Source: Phyllobates terribilis (lineage: Eukaryota). From it: 64,000 nt of DNA. Of the stretch, positions 1 through 8,891 are shown piece by piece. Numbering within the stretch: position 1 is the stretch's first letter; each line of letters starts with the position of its first letter. Where the stretch lies: the NCBI RefSeq assembly GCF_046119375.1, contig NW_027362769.1:366482001-366546000 (forward strand). The letters run 5' to 3'. A program made the translations under genes and the position numbers. A model generated the notes under the pieces. The model had not been told where the DNA came from. It saw only the letters and a list, made by a program, of their open reading frames with translations, and searched no databases.

Positions 1-257
1 TGCTGGCGATGATACTCAAGTCGTCGTCAGGGTAGCGGATTATATCCGAGTCATTCCAGTACTGCTTGAAGAGCACGTACGGGATGGTGGTGACCTGTGA
101 CCCGGTGTCCAGTAGGGCACTCATAGGAATGCCATCCAGTACCACAGGCAAGACTGGACGTCCTCCCACGTATTTGTCACGCCAGTTCGATGGGCCTGGT
201 GATCTTATTCCTAGGGGTTGGCCCTCTACCCCAGGTTGTGCCAGTTTAAAGGACAGT
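1..257 (-). pseudogene. Aspartic protease region of element B polyprotein
   Basis: Manual translation PLNWAQPGVEGQPLGIRSPGPSNWRDKYVGGRPVLPVVLDGIPMSALLDTGSQVTTIPYVLFKQYW..., in frame with gag once element A and one TSD copy are removed. Confidence 0.88.
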
Positions 258-679
258 TGTTATGTTCTGCTACCAGAGCTAAGGAAAGAGAGGAGATCTG
301 TCCCTACGATAGAACTCAGCTTAATCCCTACGATGTAACAGGGGACCTGATCCTGCGATCAGACCTGCTAAAGTCCTAAGCTAGTCTGTACGGAGACCTA
401 TAGATGTGGGGAAGGAATCCCTACAAGTACTAAGGACTGGGAGGAATATGGGACACCTCCTAACAGAAATAGTAGCAGACAGACGAACAAACAAAATATA
501 TAGAACATAGAGGTCAGTAGACCAAGCAAACTAACAGAGCAAGACACAGAGCACAGGCTAGCTAGAAAGTAGATATACAATGAAGTCCAGCAAAGCCAGA
601 AGGGCGGAGCAGGATTAAATAGGCCAACAAGGTCATGTGACCAGCAAAGGAAAAAAAACCTAAGAGCAAGGTTCTAACA
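258..679 (-). repeat. 3' LTR of element A
   Basis: TGTTATG...CTAACA, direct repeat of 4809-5230. Confidence 0.96.
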
Positions 680-700
680 GTACCCCCCCTTCTAAGAGGA
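680..700 (-). promoter_or_regulatory. Polypurine tract of element A
   Basis: Minus strand reads TCCTCTTAGAAGGGGGGGTAC immediately before the 3' LTR. Confidence 0.85.
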
Positions 701-3175
701 TCCTCCGGATCCCCTAGGACCAGGCTTATCAGGAAATCTCCTGTGAAACGCTCTGATAAGTCTGGACGCGGAAACATCATCCGACCTCACCCAAGAGTTA
801 TCCTCGGGACCGAAACCTTTCCAGGCCACAAGATACTGCAAACTACCTCTATACCGTCTAGAGTTAAGGATGCGAGAAATTTCATATTCCCCGTCCTCCA
901 CCACCGGAGAAACAGAGGCAGAGGCGTCACAATCCGATACAACAGCTTTTTTCAACAGAGAGACATGAAATGCCGGATTAATTTTCCAGGAGGTAGGAAC
1001 CTCCAACCTAACAGCAGATTGGTTGACAACCTGAAGCACCTTAAAGGGCCCTACAAACTTGGGACCCAATTTCTTAGAAGGAATCCTCAACCGCAGATTC
1101 CTAGAGGACAACCAAACCATGTCACCAACAGCGAACAAAACCTCCTGTCGTTTCCTATCAAAGTAGTCTTTAGATTTTCTGTTGGCCTCCTGAAGATTAC
1201 CACGCACATCCGTCCAAACTCTCTCCAAATCACCGGAAAAATTCTCCTCCTCAGGCACGGCAGATCCCAACTTGGAGAACGACCCAAACGACGGATGTCT
1301 CCCAGAACAACAAAAAAAAGGCGAACAACCAGCAGAAGAAGATGTATGATTGTTCAGAGCAAATTCAGCAAGTGGCAGAAACTCAGACCACCCCTCTTGA
1401 TTGTCTGCCACAAAACAACGCAAGAACTGCTCAACATCCTGGTTTTTCCTTTCTGTCTGGCCATTAGATTCAGGATGATATCCGGACGAGAACGACAAAT
1501 GAACTCCCAACCTATCACAAAAGGCACGCCAAAAACGAGCCACGAACTGAGGACCCCTATCAGAAACAATGTCAGTAGGAACGCCATGAAGTCTGACAAT
1601 TTCCTTGACAAAGGCCTTAGCGAGAGTTTTAGCGCAGGGCAGTTTGACGAAAGGAACCAAGTGACACATCTTGCTAAAACGGTCCACGACCACCCAGATG
1701 ACAGTAAAACCCTCAGAGGGGGGAAGGTCAGTTATAAAGTCCATAGCCAAATGTGTCCAAGGAGCACTGGGAACCTCCAAAGGACAAAGCAACCCCGCAG
1801 CAGGAGTATGTGAGGACTTAGATCTAGCACATATAGTACATTGACGCACCCACTTAATGACTTCCTTCTGCCATCCAGGCCACCAAAAACTGCGACCCAC
1901 CAGTCTCTTGGTCTCAGATATTCCGGGATGACCTGCCAACCGAGATTCGTGACACTCAACAAACAAATCTCTCCTAAAGGTCCCAGGCACAAACAACCTC
2001 CCATGAGGAGTGTTAGAAGGGGCATTCTCCTGTGCTTTAAGAATCTCATTTTCCAAAACGGAGTCCAAAGCAGCTATCACAACACCTTCTTGTAAAATGT
2101 TCTCCTCTTTCTCAGCACCGACTATGGGAGAAAAACTGCGAGACAAGGCATCCGCTTTAACATTCTTAGTACCAGGGATGTAAGTAATGGAGAAATTAAA
2201 CCGCGAGAAAAACAGTGCCCACCTAGCCTGACGGGCATTCAGGCGCTTGGCAGCATCAAGATATATCAGATTTTTATGATCCGTAAGAACCTGAACGGGA
2301 AATTCCGCACCTTCCAAGAAGTGGCGCCAGTGTTCAAATGCGAGTTTAATAGCCAATAATTCCCGATTACCAATATCGTAATTCAGTTCAGTCTCCGAAA
2401 ATATTTTTGAAAAAAAAGCACAGGGATGTAATCCATCCCCGTTATCCTGAGACAATACTGCGCCAACCCCCACAGAGGAAGCATCAACCTCAACCAAAAA
2501 CGGCCTAGTAACATCAGGCTGCATAAGGATGGGAGCAGAGGTGAACCTCTCCTTGAGATACACAAAAGCTTCAATGGCCTCAGAAGACCACTGAACCGCA
2601 TCAGCACCTTTCCTGGTGAGATCAGTCAGAGGTTTGACAATACTAGAAAATTTTTTTATGAATTTTCTGTAGTAATTGGCGAAACCCAAAAACCTCTGTA
2701 TCGATTTCAAACCAATAGGCCTAGGCCATTCCTGCACAGCCTGAACCTTAACCGGATCCATCTCAAAACCTTTGCTGGAGATAATGTAGCCCAAAAAACT
2801 AATTCTCTGTACAGCGAACTCACATTTCTCCAGCTTAGCAAAAAGCGAATTGTCCATTAATAAATGTAATACCTCACGCACGCTCCGCCAATGAGACTCC
2901 AGATCCGGCGAATAAATCAAAATGTCATCCAAATACACAACCACATTTTTGCCGATCAAAGGTCTAAGGATGTCATTAATCAGATTCTGAAAAAATGCAG
3001 GAGCATTAGTAAGACCAAAAGGCATAACCAGATTCTCAAAATGACCCACAGGAGTGTTAAAAGCAGTCTTCCATTCGTCACCCTCCTTCATGCGCAACAG
3101 ATTGTATGCCCCCTTAAGGTCAATTTTAGAGAACCACTTGGCCCCCATTAACTGGTTAAACAGATCAGGAATCAA
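692..3175 (-). CDS. pol: pol of element A: RT, RNase H, integrase, C-terminal chromodomain
   Basis: Motifs FSKIDLKGAY, VYLDD, TDHKNL, H-x5-GH...CxxC, MDFIT/VVVDRFSK/SDRG/GQTER, chromodomain EYEISRIL...YLVAWKGFGPEDNSW. Confidence 0.95.
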   Translation of the reverse strand: MIPDLFNQLMGAKWFSKIDLKGAYNLLRMKEGDEWKTAFNTPVGHFENLVMPFGLTNAPAFFQNLINDILRPLIGKNVVVYLDDILIYSPDLESHWRSVREVLHLLMDNSLFAKLEKCEFAVQRISFLGYIISSKGFEMDPVKVQAVQEWPRPIGLKSIQRFLGFANYYRKFIKKFSSIVKPLTDLTRKGADAVQWSSEAIEAFVYLKERFTSAPILMQPDVTRPFLVEVDASSVGVGAVLSQDNGDGLHPCAFFSKIFSETELNYDIGNRELLAIKLAFEHWRHFLEGAEFPVQVLTDHKNLIYLDAAKRLNARQARWALFFSRFNFSITYIPGTKNVKADALSRSFSPIVGAEKEENILQEGVVIAALDSVLENEILKAQENAPSNTPHGRLFVPGTFRRDLFVECHESRLAGHPGISETKRLVGRSFWWPGWQKEVIKWVRQCTICARSKSSHTPAAGLLCPLEVPSAPWTHLAMDFITDLPPSEGFTVIWVVVDRFSKMCHLVPFVKLPCAKTLAKAFVKEIVRLHGVPTDIVSDRGPQFVARFWRAFCDRLGVHLSFSSGYHPESNGQTERKNQDVEQFLRCFVADNQEGWSEFLPLAEFALNNHTSSSAGCSPFFCCSGRHPSFGSFSKLGSAVPEEENFSGDLERVWTDVRGNLQEANRKSKDYFDRKRQEVLFAVGDMVWLSSRNLRLRIPSKKLGPKFVGPFKVLQVVNQSAVRLEVPTSWKINPAFHVSLLKKAVVSDCDASASVSPVVEDGEYEISRILNSRRYRGSLQYLVAWKGFGPEDNSWVRSDDVSASRLIRAFHRRFPDKPGPRGSGGSS

Positions 3176-3215
3176 TGGCAGTGGGTAAGGATTGCGTACA
3201 GTAATTTTGTTAATC

Positions 3216-4760
3216 TCACGAAAATCCAGACAAGGACGTAAACCGCCGTCCTTTTTTTTTTACAAAAAAAAATCCAACCGCCACAGGAGACTTAGAGGGC
3301 CTAATGTGACCGGCGGCCAAACTTGTCTGTATGTATTCCTCCAAAGCCTTCCTCTCAGGAATAGTAAGGTTAAATAAACGACTTTTAGGAAGAGTCGCTC
3401 CAGGGACAAATTCAATAGAACAATCATAGTCTCTATGGGGAGGCAAAACCTGCGATTCCTTCTCAGAAAAAACTCTCCAAAAATCCTGAATAGGAACAGG
3501 CAATTCTCCCCTATCCAAAGCTGCAATACGCCCGTTACAACACTTGTCATAACATTTATGGCTCCAGGATTTAATTTCACTGGTAGACCAATCCAGTACA
3601 GGATTGTGAAATTTTAACCAGGGCAATCCCAATATTACTGGAGAAGGCAAGTTATTCAACACTACCAAATCCAATTTCTCATGGTGAACACCATTAATAG
3701 TGAGAGGAAACTCACAGACCTTGAGAGTAATATTCTTCAAAGGGGAACCATCCACAGAAACCACAGCAATGGGGGATGATAAAGGTTCAGGTTTTAAATT
3801 GAGTCTTTCCACGAATCCCCCATCAATTACATTCAGAGTAGACCCGCAATCAACAAACACCCGAAATTCCATTAATTTTTTCTGAGCAATCGTGGAAGCA
3901 GCTAAAAATATACCCTTGGAATTTAAACAGGCAATACGGGCGTGACTGACCATTTTTTTTTCTTTCTTCATACGAAGCTCACAGCCTTTAATCAAATGAC
4001 CAGATTTTCCGCAATAGAAACACAAGCCTTCAGAAAATCGACGGTCTTTTTCTTGAGAGCGAGGTGCCACCGATCCAATCTCCATCGGTTCACCTCTGTT
4101 AGTACACACATTCTCATAACCAGAAACTGACATAGCAGAGGATTTGCTCTCATTAACCCTTGCACGCAGTCTTCTATCCACCCGTATAGCTAATTGCATA
4201 GCCTGTTGCAAATCTTCAGGTGTAGGATAAGCAATTAGCAGGTCTTTAACCCTTTCACTGAGCCCAGCAAGAAATAGACTTTTCAGAGCAGAATCGTTCC
4301 ACCCTGTTTGAGTAGACCAAAGACAGAAATGAGTACAATATTTTTCCACATTACCTGATCCCTGTTTTAAACGTCTCAACTCAGTCTCAGCTGATGCGAC
4401 ACGGTCAGGATCATCATATAATAGTCCCAAAGCAGGAAAAAAACTATCCACTGATCTGAAGCATGTATCACTAGGTTGCAAAGAAAAGGCCCACTCCTGA
4501 GGCTCTTTGCGCAAAAGTGACATTATGAACCCTACGCGCTGGGATTCATCCCCAGAGGACTTAGGTCTCAAACGAAAATACAATAAGCAAGCATTTTTAA
4601 ATGAAAAAAATTCTCGGTGTTCACCAAAAAATAAATCCGGCAAACATACCTTAGGCTCCAAGAAATGTGCTCCAGGACAGTTACTCACGTGCTGACGGAG
4701 CTCGGCCACCTCCAGAGAGAGTCCCTGCAGGCGATGAACCAAATCCTGAACCGACACCAT
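3216..4760 (-). CDS. gag: gag-protease-RT start of element A, frameshifted from pol at an A-run near 3251-3261
   Basis: CFYCGKSGHLIKGC knuckle, VDCG protease motif, LGLPWL, PPHR, GFFFVKKK then frame loss. Confidence 0.92.
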   Translation of the reverse strand: MVSVQDLVHRLQGLSLEVAELRQHVSNCPGAHFLEPKVCLPDLFFGEHREFFSFKNACLLYFRLRPKSSGDESQRVGFIMSLLRKEPQEWAFSLQPSDTCFRSVDSFFPALGLLYDDPDRVASAETELRRLKQGSGNVEKYCTHFCLWSTQTGWNDSALKSLFLAGLSERVKDLLIAYPTPEDLQQAMQLAIRVDRRLRARVNESKSSAMSVSGYENVCTNRGEPMEIGSVAPRSQEKDRRFSEGLCFYCGKSGHLIKGCELRMKKEKKMVSHARIACLNSKGIFLAASTIAQKKLMEFRVFVDCGSTLNVIDGGFVERLNLKPEPLSSPIAVVSVDGSPLKNITLKVCEFPLTINGVHHEKLDLVVLNNLPSPVILGLPWLKFHNPVLDWSTSEIKSWSHKCYDKCCNGRIAALDRGELPVPIQDFWRVFSEKESQVLPPHRDYDCSIEFVPGATLPKSRLFNLTIPERKALEEYIQTSLAAGHIRPSKSPVAVGFFFVKKKGRRFTSLSGFS

Positions 4761-4797
4761 GATGGAACAGAAAAATCTTTCCTTAGAGAATTTGCTG

Positions 4798-4806
4798 GCT
4801 GGACTT
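4798..4806 (-). promoter_or_regulatory. Self-priming primer-binding site of element A
   Basis: AAGTCCAGC 2 nt inside the 5' LTR boundary; complementary to GCTGGACTT starting at 5142, 30 nt downstream of TATTTAA (5172). Confidence 0.75.
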
Positions 4807-4808
4807 AC

Positions 4809-5230
4809 TGTTATGTTCTGCTACCAGAGCTAAGGAAAGAGAGGAGATCTGTCCCTACGATAGAACTCAGCTTAATCCCTACGATGTAACAGGGGACCTG
4901 ATCCTGCGATCAGACCTGCTAAAGTCCTAATCTAGTCTGTACGGAGACCTATAGATGTGAGGAAGGAATCCCTACAAGTACTAAGGACTGGGAGGAATAT
5001 GGGACACCTCCTAACAGAAATAGTAGCAGACAGACGAACAAACAAAATATATAGAACATAGAGGTCAGTAGACCAAGCAAACTAACAGAGCAAGACACAG
5101 AGCACAGGCTAGCTAGAAAGTAGATATACAATGAAGTCCAGCAAAGCCAGAAGGGCGGAGCAGGATTAAATAGGCCAACAAGGTCATGTGACCAGCAAAG
5201 GAAAAAAAACCTAAGAGCAAGGTTCTAACA
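4809..5230 (-). repeat. 5' LTR of element A
   Basis: Direct repeat of 258-679; TATA-like TATTTAA at 5166-5172 on minus strand. Confidence 0.96.
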
Positions 5231-6187
5231 ACAGTACCTTGCCATATGTCCGGGTTGATTGCAGCGGTGGCAGATGGGTTGTCCGTCCTCGTTGTATCGG
5301 TCGCTGGGTTTTCCTCTGGCCGGTGGGGTCCTCCTTGGTCGGCGCCACGGGATATCCTCCGGTCCGGATGCTAGCTGGATCTTCCCTGGAGTAGAAACCT
5401 GTAAAGACTGCACAGTTCGGGTTAGCGCAGCAACGCTTTTAGTTAGCTCTTGGACCTGATGGTGCAGGTCTGTAGCCGGGTCATTGTTTAAAGCCTGCGC
5501 ATCAGCTCCCACAGGCCCTGCCGACAAGGGCGCCGTCTCCTGGTGGTAAGTGGTAGTAGGGCGTCTGTGGGTCACAGCGCCACCTGGTGCCGGTTCTCGG
5601 AGCACCCGGATGGCTCTGTCCTTGAACTGTGCAAAGTCCAGATGAGGGTCCTGTAAGGCCATTGCCCGCAACTGGGTTCGGTGGGCATTGCAATGTAGAC
5701 CCTCTATAAATTGTTCAGTCAACAGCTTGTCTTCGTTTCCCACGCCGTCAGGGTCGGCCTGCTTAATGGCTCTCAGGGCCTCTTGTAGGTTTAGTGCATA
5801 GTCCCTTATATTCTCATGTGCTCACTGCTTACACCCGTAGAATCTAAGCTTGATCTCGGCTGAGGTACGGGTATCAAATGTGTCCTTCAGCCGGGCTAGT
5901 ATCTCTGCGACAGTCCTCCTCCTCCCGAGTGGCCAGGACTTTACCTCCCTTTGGGCTGCCCCTTTTAATTGAGCCACCAGGATGCTCACTTTTTGCTCCT
6001 CTGTGAGGGGGTACACCTGGAAGAGGCTATCCAGCCTTTCTCTGAAGTCATTTAGGGTATGTGACTCCCCTGAGTACTGGGGTAGCCAGGCTGCCCCCGG
6101 GATATAGGGCATAGTGAAAGGCATGACCGCAGCAGCGGTGGCGCTGGCGGTGGCTGTGGCAGTGAAGCTCTCCTCTGTATCCGACAT
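5231..6187 (-). pseudogene. gag: gag of element B, with one in-frame TGA at 5822-5824
   Basis: ORFs 5822-6187 and 5225-5743 share a frame; reads through as FYGCKQ*AHENIRDYALNLQEAL (probably CGA>TGA); ends in CCHC knuckle. Confidence 0.85.
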
Positions 6188-6426
6188 CCTCCTCCCCCCT
6201 AGTGGACCGTGGCCTACCTTGCGATGATCCTCTTCCGTAGGCCGCGGCTCCGCAGTGGATCGTCAGGGTTGAGGACCTTCCGTCGCGCTCCTGTGACGTC
6301 GGCGTCTGCTGGGCTCCTTCCAGGACCTTACGCAACGTCCGGACGTGAGGCGGAGCTTCAGTTCTCGCGCGCTTTCGGAGTCCACGCCCCTCTTCTTCCC
6401 GCGCGGCGTCCTAAAGATGGCGTCCA

Positions 6427-6538
6427 ATGGCGGGAAAACTCCACGGATGGCGTGAAGAAGGCAGAAGATGGCGTCGGATGGCGGGAAAACTCCACGGATG
6501 GCGGGAAGAAGGCAGAAGATGGCGTCGGATGGCGGGAA
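6427..6538. repeat. About 2.2 copies of a 51-bp tandem repeat in the leader of element B
   Basis: ATGGCGGGAAAACTCCACGGATGGCG(T/G)GAAGAAGGCAGAAGATGGCGTCGG repeated. Confidence 0.8.
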
Positions 6539-6610
6539 TCCTCACCACAGGTAAGTTTAACAGTCTCTTTTTTTTTCAGGCACGCAGTAGTCGGTGGTTG
6601 CGGGCACGGG

Positions 6611-6628
6611 ATCCTGCCGACTACGCCA
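6611..6628 (-). promoter_or_regulatory. tRNA-Ser primer-binding site of element B
   Basis: TGGCGTAGTCGGCAGGAT is the 18-nt complement of the vertebrate tRNA-Ser 3' end (...ATCCTGCCGACTACGCCA, from memory); 4 nt from the LTR. Confidence 0.9.
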
Positions 6629-6632
6629 AAGT

Positions 6633-7675
6633 TGACGCGCCCCCTGGGCCTCTGTTGTGTAGCGTTGCGCACGCGGGGACTACCCGGAGCCAGATCTGAT
6701 AGGGGTAGTAGTCCTCATGGCGACGATCCGGTCCGTGCCCAGGGTGTCAAACCAAGTGGCAGAATTTAGTAGAAGATGTTATAGTGTTCGACTACGCCAC
6801 CCGTTGAATGCGGTTATGAAGCCGCCGCTGCAGGGCAGACCGCTGAGGCCGGTGGTACGGTTGTGCAGCGTGGATAGTATAACCCCCAACGGGAGGGGTA
6901 TGGCCTCAGGGCAGCGGACGTGGATGATGGGGATAGCAGAATTGCACGCAGGCACTAGGAACCACTCAGAGACGGTGCGGTGTAGTTCAGGGTCTTTACT
7001 GGTGGCAAAGGTAGACCCTTCCGGGCGTACTGGCTAGCGATCGGGGCCTGGTCAGTCTGTGAGCAGATAGAATCTCCCCCGGCCAGGCGGAGTTGTAGGC
7101 CTCCCCGACTTATTGTACTCTCCCTGGCTACCTTGCTAGAAGCGGGTAAAAGTAGCCCACGTCCCTGAGTGTACCGTGTGGTGCTCACCCGTATGGCCGG
7201 TGACTCGGGGCCTTCTGGTAGCCTCCGCTCCACAACGGCGGTGCTGGTCCCTTGCGTGTGACCGTGCCTTCGGGTTTCTTGGCCAGAGGACCTGAAATCC
7301 CCTGCCGGTCGGTTTCTGCTGCTGGGTATGGATCAGTCCCCATTGCCTCGGACTCCGTGTCCGGTGAGATCTCTTCAGTCAGGACGAGCTCTACAGCTTC
7401 CAGTCTCTGACCCCTTTTATCACTGCTCCCACATAGCTCCTGATCTTGCTCTCTCTGTATCTGCTCCACTCCAGACCAGACTGTGTCTCTGTCTGGGACT
7501 CCTCTTCTTCTCCTCTAACCCCGCCTCAGCCCCAGTTTATATAGGGGAAGTTCTTCCCCTCCCAGGACTGGGCATGAAGTGTTGCATGCTTAGGGTTCCT
7601 GACCAGGAGACCTCCCACCTGCTCTCAGACGTAATATTGCTATTACTGTGGTAACCAGACCCCTGGGGTGCCACA
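6633..7675 (-). repeat. 5' LTR of element B
   Basis: TGACGCGCCCCCTGGG...GGGGTGCCACA; TATATAAA on minus strand near 7536-7543; shares blocks with LTR at 61871. Confidence 0.88.
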
Positions 7676-8878
7676 TGTAGCGTCGGCGTCCCTGCCTCCT
7701 GCTAGGCTGGGACGCCGTTCCCCTCACCTCTCCACTCCAGGCTCGGCGTCTTCCTCCCGCTCTGCTGGCAGCGCGCGCTGCTTCCCGGCCTCTGTGCTTA
7801 GGGCGCGCGCGCTCCCCCTCTCTTAAAGGGGCCACGCGCGTCGTCCTAAGGAGTCCCAGGCCAATGGCCGGAGGACCTCACCATATATAAGGCACCTCCT
7901 CCAAAATGGAGGTGCCCGAGCAATGTTGTTGCAAAGCCTTTCAACTCTGCTTCAGCCCTCAGGTCCCGTTACCAGTTACCTGCCAGTCACCTGCCAGATT
8001 CCTGCTTGATACCTGCCTGATTCCTGCCAGATATCTGCTTACCTGCTTGCTATCCTGTGGTCCGACAGTCTGCCTACCAGCACCTGCCAGTCTGTCTATG
8101 GATCAGTCCACTTGCGACCAGGAAGTACCTACCAGATACCTGCCTGATACCTGCCTGCCTGTCCAGAGACTCTTACTCGCTCACCTGGGAGCGCTCACCT
8201 GCTACCTGCCTGCTAGCCTACCTGGAGGCTTAGCCGTCACTTGCTGTGACCACCTGCCTGTCCAGAGACTCTTACTCGCTCACCTGGGAGCGCTTACCTG
8301 CTACCTACCTGCTAGCCTACCTGGAGGCTTAGCCATCACTTGCTGTGACCACCTGCCTGTCCAGAGACTCTTGCCCGCTCACCTGGAAGTGCTCACCTGC
8401 TTCCTGCCTGCTAGCCTACCTGGAGGCTCTGCCGTCACTTTCCGCGACCACCTGCCAGTCCAGAGACTCTTGCCCGTTCACCTGGGAGCGCTCACCTGCT
8501 ACCTGCCTGCTAGCCTACCTGGAGGCTCTGCCGTCACTTGCCGTGACCACCTGCCTGTCCAGAAACTCTTGCCCGCTCACCTGGGAGCGCTCAACTGCTA
8601 ACTGCCTGCTAGCCTATCTAGAGACTCTTTCCCTGCTGTCACTTGCCGTGACCACCTGCCCATCTAGAGACTCTTACCCTGCTGTCACTTGCCGTGACCA
8701 TCCGCCTGTCAAGAGACTGTCCCCGTCACTTGCCGTGACTTCCTGCCCTTCTACCCAGAGACTGTCCCTGTCACTTGCCGTGACTACCTGCCCGCCTTCC
8801 CTGGGAGCCACCCGCTTCCTTACAAGGACTGCCCCTTTGTATAGTTGCTCAGAGGTTCCACCTCTCAGACCCGTTACA
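7676..8878 (+). repeat. 5' LTR of element C (1203 bp)
   Basis: Direct repeat of 13092-14196; TATATAA at 7884-7890; internal 99-bp tandem repeats. Confidence 0.95.
8153..8620 (+). repeat. 99-bp tandem repeat inside the LTR of element C (also about 13572-13935)
   Basis: Unit CCTGCCTGTCCAGAGACTCTT...GCCGTCACTTGCTGTGACCA; 33-aa periodic ORFs; LTR lengths differ by 98 bp. Confidence 0.88.
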
Positions 8879-8880
8879 GT

Positions 8881-8890
8881 TTGCTCGGGC
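8881..8890 (+). promoter_or_regulatory. Self-priming primer-binding site of element C
   Basis: TTGCTCGGGC is the exact complement of GCCCGAGCAA at 7914-7923, 30 nt after the TATA box. Confidence 0.8.
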
Positions 8891-8891
8891 C

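Larger units (their letters stand above)
258..5230 (-). mobile_element. Full-length Ty3/Gypsy chromovirus A (Tf1/sushi-like), very young
   Basis: Two 422-bp TG...CA LTRs with only 2 differences seen, 5-bp TSD ACAGT (253-257, 5231-5235), PPT, gag-PR-RT-RH-IN-chromodomain order. Confidence 0.97.
1..7675 (-). mobile_element. Ty3/Gypsy LTR retrotransposon B (tRNA-Ser primed, non-chromovirus); 5' LTR, gag and start of protease; continues beyond left window edge; interrupted by element A
   Basis: LTR 6633-7675 with TG...CA ends, 18-nt tRNA-Ser PBS, gag with CCHC knuckle (CHRCNQPGHMARYC), protease motif LLDTGSQVT in frame across the element A insertion. Confidence 0.9.

Noticed and set aside
743-1813. 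356-aa ORF antisense to the integrase of element A
   Set aside because: No recognisable motif; long antisense frames are common opposite pol genes.
6209-7654. Several 90-186 aa ORFs in the leader and LTR of element B
   Set aside because: No motifs; GC-rich LTR sequence with non-ATG starts.
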